Below, piece after piece: positions 20,583 through 23,745 of a stretch of 23,745 bases of DNA. Numbering within the stretch: position 1 is the first letter of the stretch; each line of letters starts with the position of its first letter. Origin of the DNA: an uncultured Nitrososphaerales archaeon (GTDB lineage Archaea; Thermoproteota; Nitrososphaeria; Nitrososphaerales; Nitrososphaeraceae); contig CAVPXM010000007.1 of the NCBI GenBank assembly GCA_963709405.1, positions 1 to 23,745 of the forward strand, given 5' to 3'. The position numbers and the translations under genes were made by a program. The notes beneath the pieces were generated by a model. It ran no database searches, was not told where the DNA came from, and saw only the letters and a program-made list of their open reading frames with translations.

Positions 20583-21214
20583 ATGGCAACAAAAAAACAA
20601 CTAAACCTTCAATTATAATTGGCAGTGGGCAACTACTGTGGTAGTGATCATATTTGCTGCTATGATTCTCGGAATACAAAGCCAAACATTGCATACCGTA
20701 TTAGCACAAAGTGCCAAGAGTAATGCAACAACACCAGCAACAAATACTGTTATAACAGTCACCCCAAACCAATCAAGTAACAAGACTTTCTGGATAAGGA
20801 CGGTACACTTTGATGGATCAACAAGCTTAAAAGCTGGCGTAGCATGTGGTAATTGTAGCCAGAATATTCCACCGCATCCAGCTGAGAAGTTTCCAAATAC
20901 TACGTTGCCTGCAGGGCCAGGGCTTGTGTTAAGAGCACCCAACAAAGTAGGAGCTTGGGATATGAGATTATTTACCTTTGCTCCGGATTAAATAGTCGTT
21001 AATCAAGGCGACACGGTCACTCTTCATTTCTTAGGCTGTACAAGGTACGCATCATGTGATAACTGTTGAAGGGGTTGGAACCTTTCCACTTGATAGGGGA
21101 CATATCCACACAGTATCGTTTACCGCGGACAAACCTGGAACAATAGCGTACTGGTGTCACATACATGTGCCGAACATGGTTGGCCAGATATTGGTACTTC
21201 CTAAACCAGCGTAG
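20583..21214 (+). pseudogene. Secreted cupredoxin (type 1 copper) domain protein, disrupted
   Basis: Signal-like N-terminus; FTFAPD*IVVNQGDTVTLHFLG / VQGTHHVITVEG..FTADKPGTIAYWCHIHVPNMVGQILVLPKPA*, giving a His plus C-x2-H-x3-M ligand set. In-frame TAA at 20989 and a shift near 21037. Confidence 0.88.
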
Positions 21215-21499
21215 TAGATGACAACGATGCGATATCAACCTCCACATATTGAGCACTCTCATCTCATATTTTTTGCAACGATTTCAACATAATTTAACGT
21301 AATTCCAAGTAATTTGTTGTTTATGTCTTTTGCATACTGGTATGAATACGACAACAATGACATTTATGATGAATATTAGGATTACAAATAACACGACTCG
21401 AAGAATATTTAAAATGATGTTTGAAACTGAGTGTAGAAAGCTCGAAATGGTAATTACATATAGATATTTAATATCTGGCTCACGAATATTCTATGATAT

Positions 21500-21965
21500 T
21501 TGCGGGCCTTCAAACATAGCTTCGTTGTGAATTGTCCTATAGATAGGGTTTGGGAATTTTTATACAGATATCAAACATCTTGAAATAATTACCCCAACCG
21601 AGATAGAACTCAAAATTACTAGTGCCACAAGCCAAAAACTTACCCAAGGATCAGAATTTTGGCTTGAGGGTAAATTAATGATCTCCAAGAGAAGATGGCA
21701 TTCCGTAATAAAATCCATAGAACCATATAAGTATTTAGATGAAATGTTAACTGGCCCATTAAAAGAGTGGAGGCACTTGCACAAATTCAATGATATTAAC
21801 ATCAACAACAATCAAAAGCAAACTGAAGTAATAGATCAGGTTGACTTTGAACTTCCATATAATCCTGTAGGAAAGTTATTTGAAGGTTATGTAAGTAGGC
21901 GACTTGTGAAATTTTTCGATTATAGGAATGGAGCAACAATCAAAAGTTTAGAAGATAATACGTAG
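21500..21965 (+). pseudogene. SRPBCC (START-like) family protein, frameshift in the T-run near 21560
   Basis: FKHSFVVNCPIDRVWEF / YTDIKHLEIITP..WHSVI..DEMLTGPLKEWRHLHKF..TEVIDQVDFELP. Confidence 0.85.
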
Positions 21966-22273
21966 ATAAACAGTAACTGCATCAGGTTCTTTGTTTGATG
22001 ACAATTTTTTCTTGTCAATTCAAGACAAAGGCGATATTGGAACAGACACGCAACATCTATTGTTGTTTTTGTTGCTGTGGTCTTCCGATATGGGAGACGC
22101 CGAGGGCGGATAGAGCACGCAAGATTAAGAGTAAATCAAACTGATTGTAAGAAAAGCCGAAAGTGAAAGTGAAATAATTGTCGCAGATATTATTTCTTGC
22201 CACTAATGTCGTTCAAATTTACCACTAGATCGAATGCATACCTACCCAATTAAAGATACAGGCAATTGCTGAA

Positions 22274-22498
22274 TTAGGCATAGGTTATTATATGAAGTTG
22301 TTGTTGGAGTAATGCCGAACTAAAGATCTGCTGGTGGAATCGGATCTCTCCCAGCATTAATACCCTTTTACTGTGTCTGTTATCCATATGTACGCTTACC
22401 GAAAGATATGGATATAATATAGACGACTGTTCTCCAGGCTTTAGAATAATTTCTGGAGTAGGTGCTGTACTAAAGGGTGGCTCCTCATTTTCTATCAT
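22274..22498 (-). CDS. Hypothetical protein or fragment
   Basis: 74-aa ATG ORF behind an AT-rich leader; no motif recognised. Confidence 0.3.
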   Translation of the reverse strand: MIENEEPPFSTAPTPEIILKPGEQSSILYPYLSVSVHMDNRHSKRVLMLGEIRFHQQIFSSALLQQQLHIITYA

Positions 22499-22533
22499 AA
22501 ATTATTATTAAAATCAGTCAGATAATCGTAATC

Positions 22534-22631
22534 CAAGTTATATGTATCGACAAAAAGGATCGAAATATTTAAATTTAATTTAAACTGAGTCCGAGTAACC
22601 CTAAAGACTTTAACGACTTCAGATAACAGGT
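22534..22631 (+). repeat. Direct repeat copy B (18 bp longer than copy A)
   Basis: See copy A; extra AT-rich segment at 22570-22587. Confidence 0.93.
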
Positions 22632-22746
22632 TATTTAGAGATTCTCTCAAGTATAATGTTCTCTGCTATCCCATTTAACAAGATTCAAATATTGATAGGT
22701 AAGTGAAGGTTAAAATTGTAAACCTGCGATATCAATGTATACATAA

Positions 22747-23210
22747 ATGAAAACCTTGTTAATTTTACGTCATGCTAAATCAAGTTGGAAAAGTCCTGGA
22801 AGTTATCTGATCATGATAGACCTCTAAATAAGCGAGGTAAACATGATGCACCGCTTATGGGACGTCTATTAAGAAAAGGAGCTTGTTCCGGATCTAATTA
22901 TTAGTTCAACTGCAGTTCGTGCAAAAGATACAGCATTAGTAGTTGGTGAAGTTGTAGGATATACCAAAAAAATAAGCTTTTTCTTCATTATATTCTGCTA
23001 GTCCTGATGCATATATACAAGTCATTAAATGATATAGCAGGTGACAATAATTATTCTACAATACTGGTGGTCGGCCATAATCCCGGGTTGGAAGAATTAA
23101 TTGAAGGACTTACTGGAAACCTTCAACAACTATCAACATGTGCCTTAGCTATTATAGAGATACCTATAGAAAAATGGTCATTTATAAAAGAGAAACAAGG
23201 GCAAGATTAA
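22747..23210 (+). pseudogene. sixA: SixA-type histidine phosphatase, frameshifted
   Basis: MKTLLILRHAKSSW / DHDRPLNKRG / PDLIISSTAVRAKDTA / LVVGHNPGLEELI. Confidence 0.9.
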
Positions 23211-23609
23211 TAGATTGCATTAGCATTAAACGCTAAAAATCCAATTCTTGTGCAATAAAATAATCAAAAAGGAATTAGAGGTCAAAATTCACAATCGGGG
23301 TGATGTATGCATTAATTGCAAAGCTTCTGTACCAAATCATGGCGAAGATAACTTACAAAATGCTTTTTCTATTTTTATTTTTCTGTAGCTATAAAAGCGT
23401 ATATGAAGTGATTCATTGTCGGAGGAATCTTCGCCTATATGAAAGATAAGCACACGATTTTCAATTTCCTATCTGTCTTTGTAAACAGTTCATGATAACG
23501 TAATTGTTCCGCCCATGAAAGGAGTGATAAACGTTTCAACATAATGATTGGGATTCCCAACATCATAAAATATATCCCAATTTGTTGCTCTATCGCGCAA
23601 GAAGATTTC

Positions 23610-23745
23610 GTAGGGGATTTGGAGCAATTGAAGTCATTAACCATGACTTTAACATCATCCGAAGGAGCCCCAATATATGAAAAGAAGGAGGCAATCCACA
23701 ATGCTCTATATGCACTATATTGAAAACGGCCTAAACCCAATGTCG
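23610..23745 (-). pseudogene. N-terminal fragment of an MFS transporter
   Basis: AYRALWIASFFSYIGA, then in another frame SWLMTSIAPNPL. Similarity is lost below about 23610. Runs to the window edge. Confidence 0.65.

Noticed and set aside
20989-20991. In-frame stops here and at 1808 as Sec/Pyl recoding or an alternative code
   Set aside because: Both are TAA, which also ends many normal genes here; substitution or read error is simpler.
19146-21811. Minus-strand ORFs 19146-19607, 20449-20694, 20613-20945, 21017-21262 and 21560-21811
   Set aside because: Mostly antisense to recognisable plus-strand genes.

Overview
AT-rich archaeal DNA whose protein families (DUF6659-like, stand-alone Lrp/AsnC ligand-binding domain, class III cyclase, cupredoxin, SixA) and IS types suggest soil ammonia-oxidising archaea (Nitrososphaeraceae); this is recognition by eye, not a database result. 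Six IS copies (two IS5-family, IS6, two IS630, IS481) and a 65-bp IS5-type mini-element cover about a quarter of the window. They include a nested IS5-in-IS630 beside an integrase remnant and an IS481 splitting a zinc-ribbon membrane gene. Between the two IS630 copies (about 10.1-14.0 kb) lies a plasmid-like gene module: a winged-helix protein with Rep_trans-like rolling-circle motifs, a coiled-coil protein, a Zn-finger protein, a divergent regulator and an integrase tail. This is the best candidate for an undescribed system. Two other unexplained structures are an isolated perfect 43-bp inverted copy of IS630 transposase sequence fused to a hairpin (2190-2263), and an 80-100 bp direct repeat bracketing a 5.4-kb block between ppx and sixA. 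Most host genes have indels or stops, which may be sequencing error rather than decay. No rRNA, tRNA or CRISPR array was seen.
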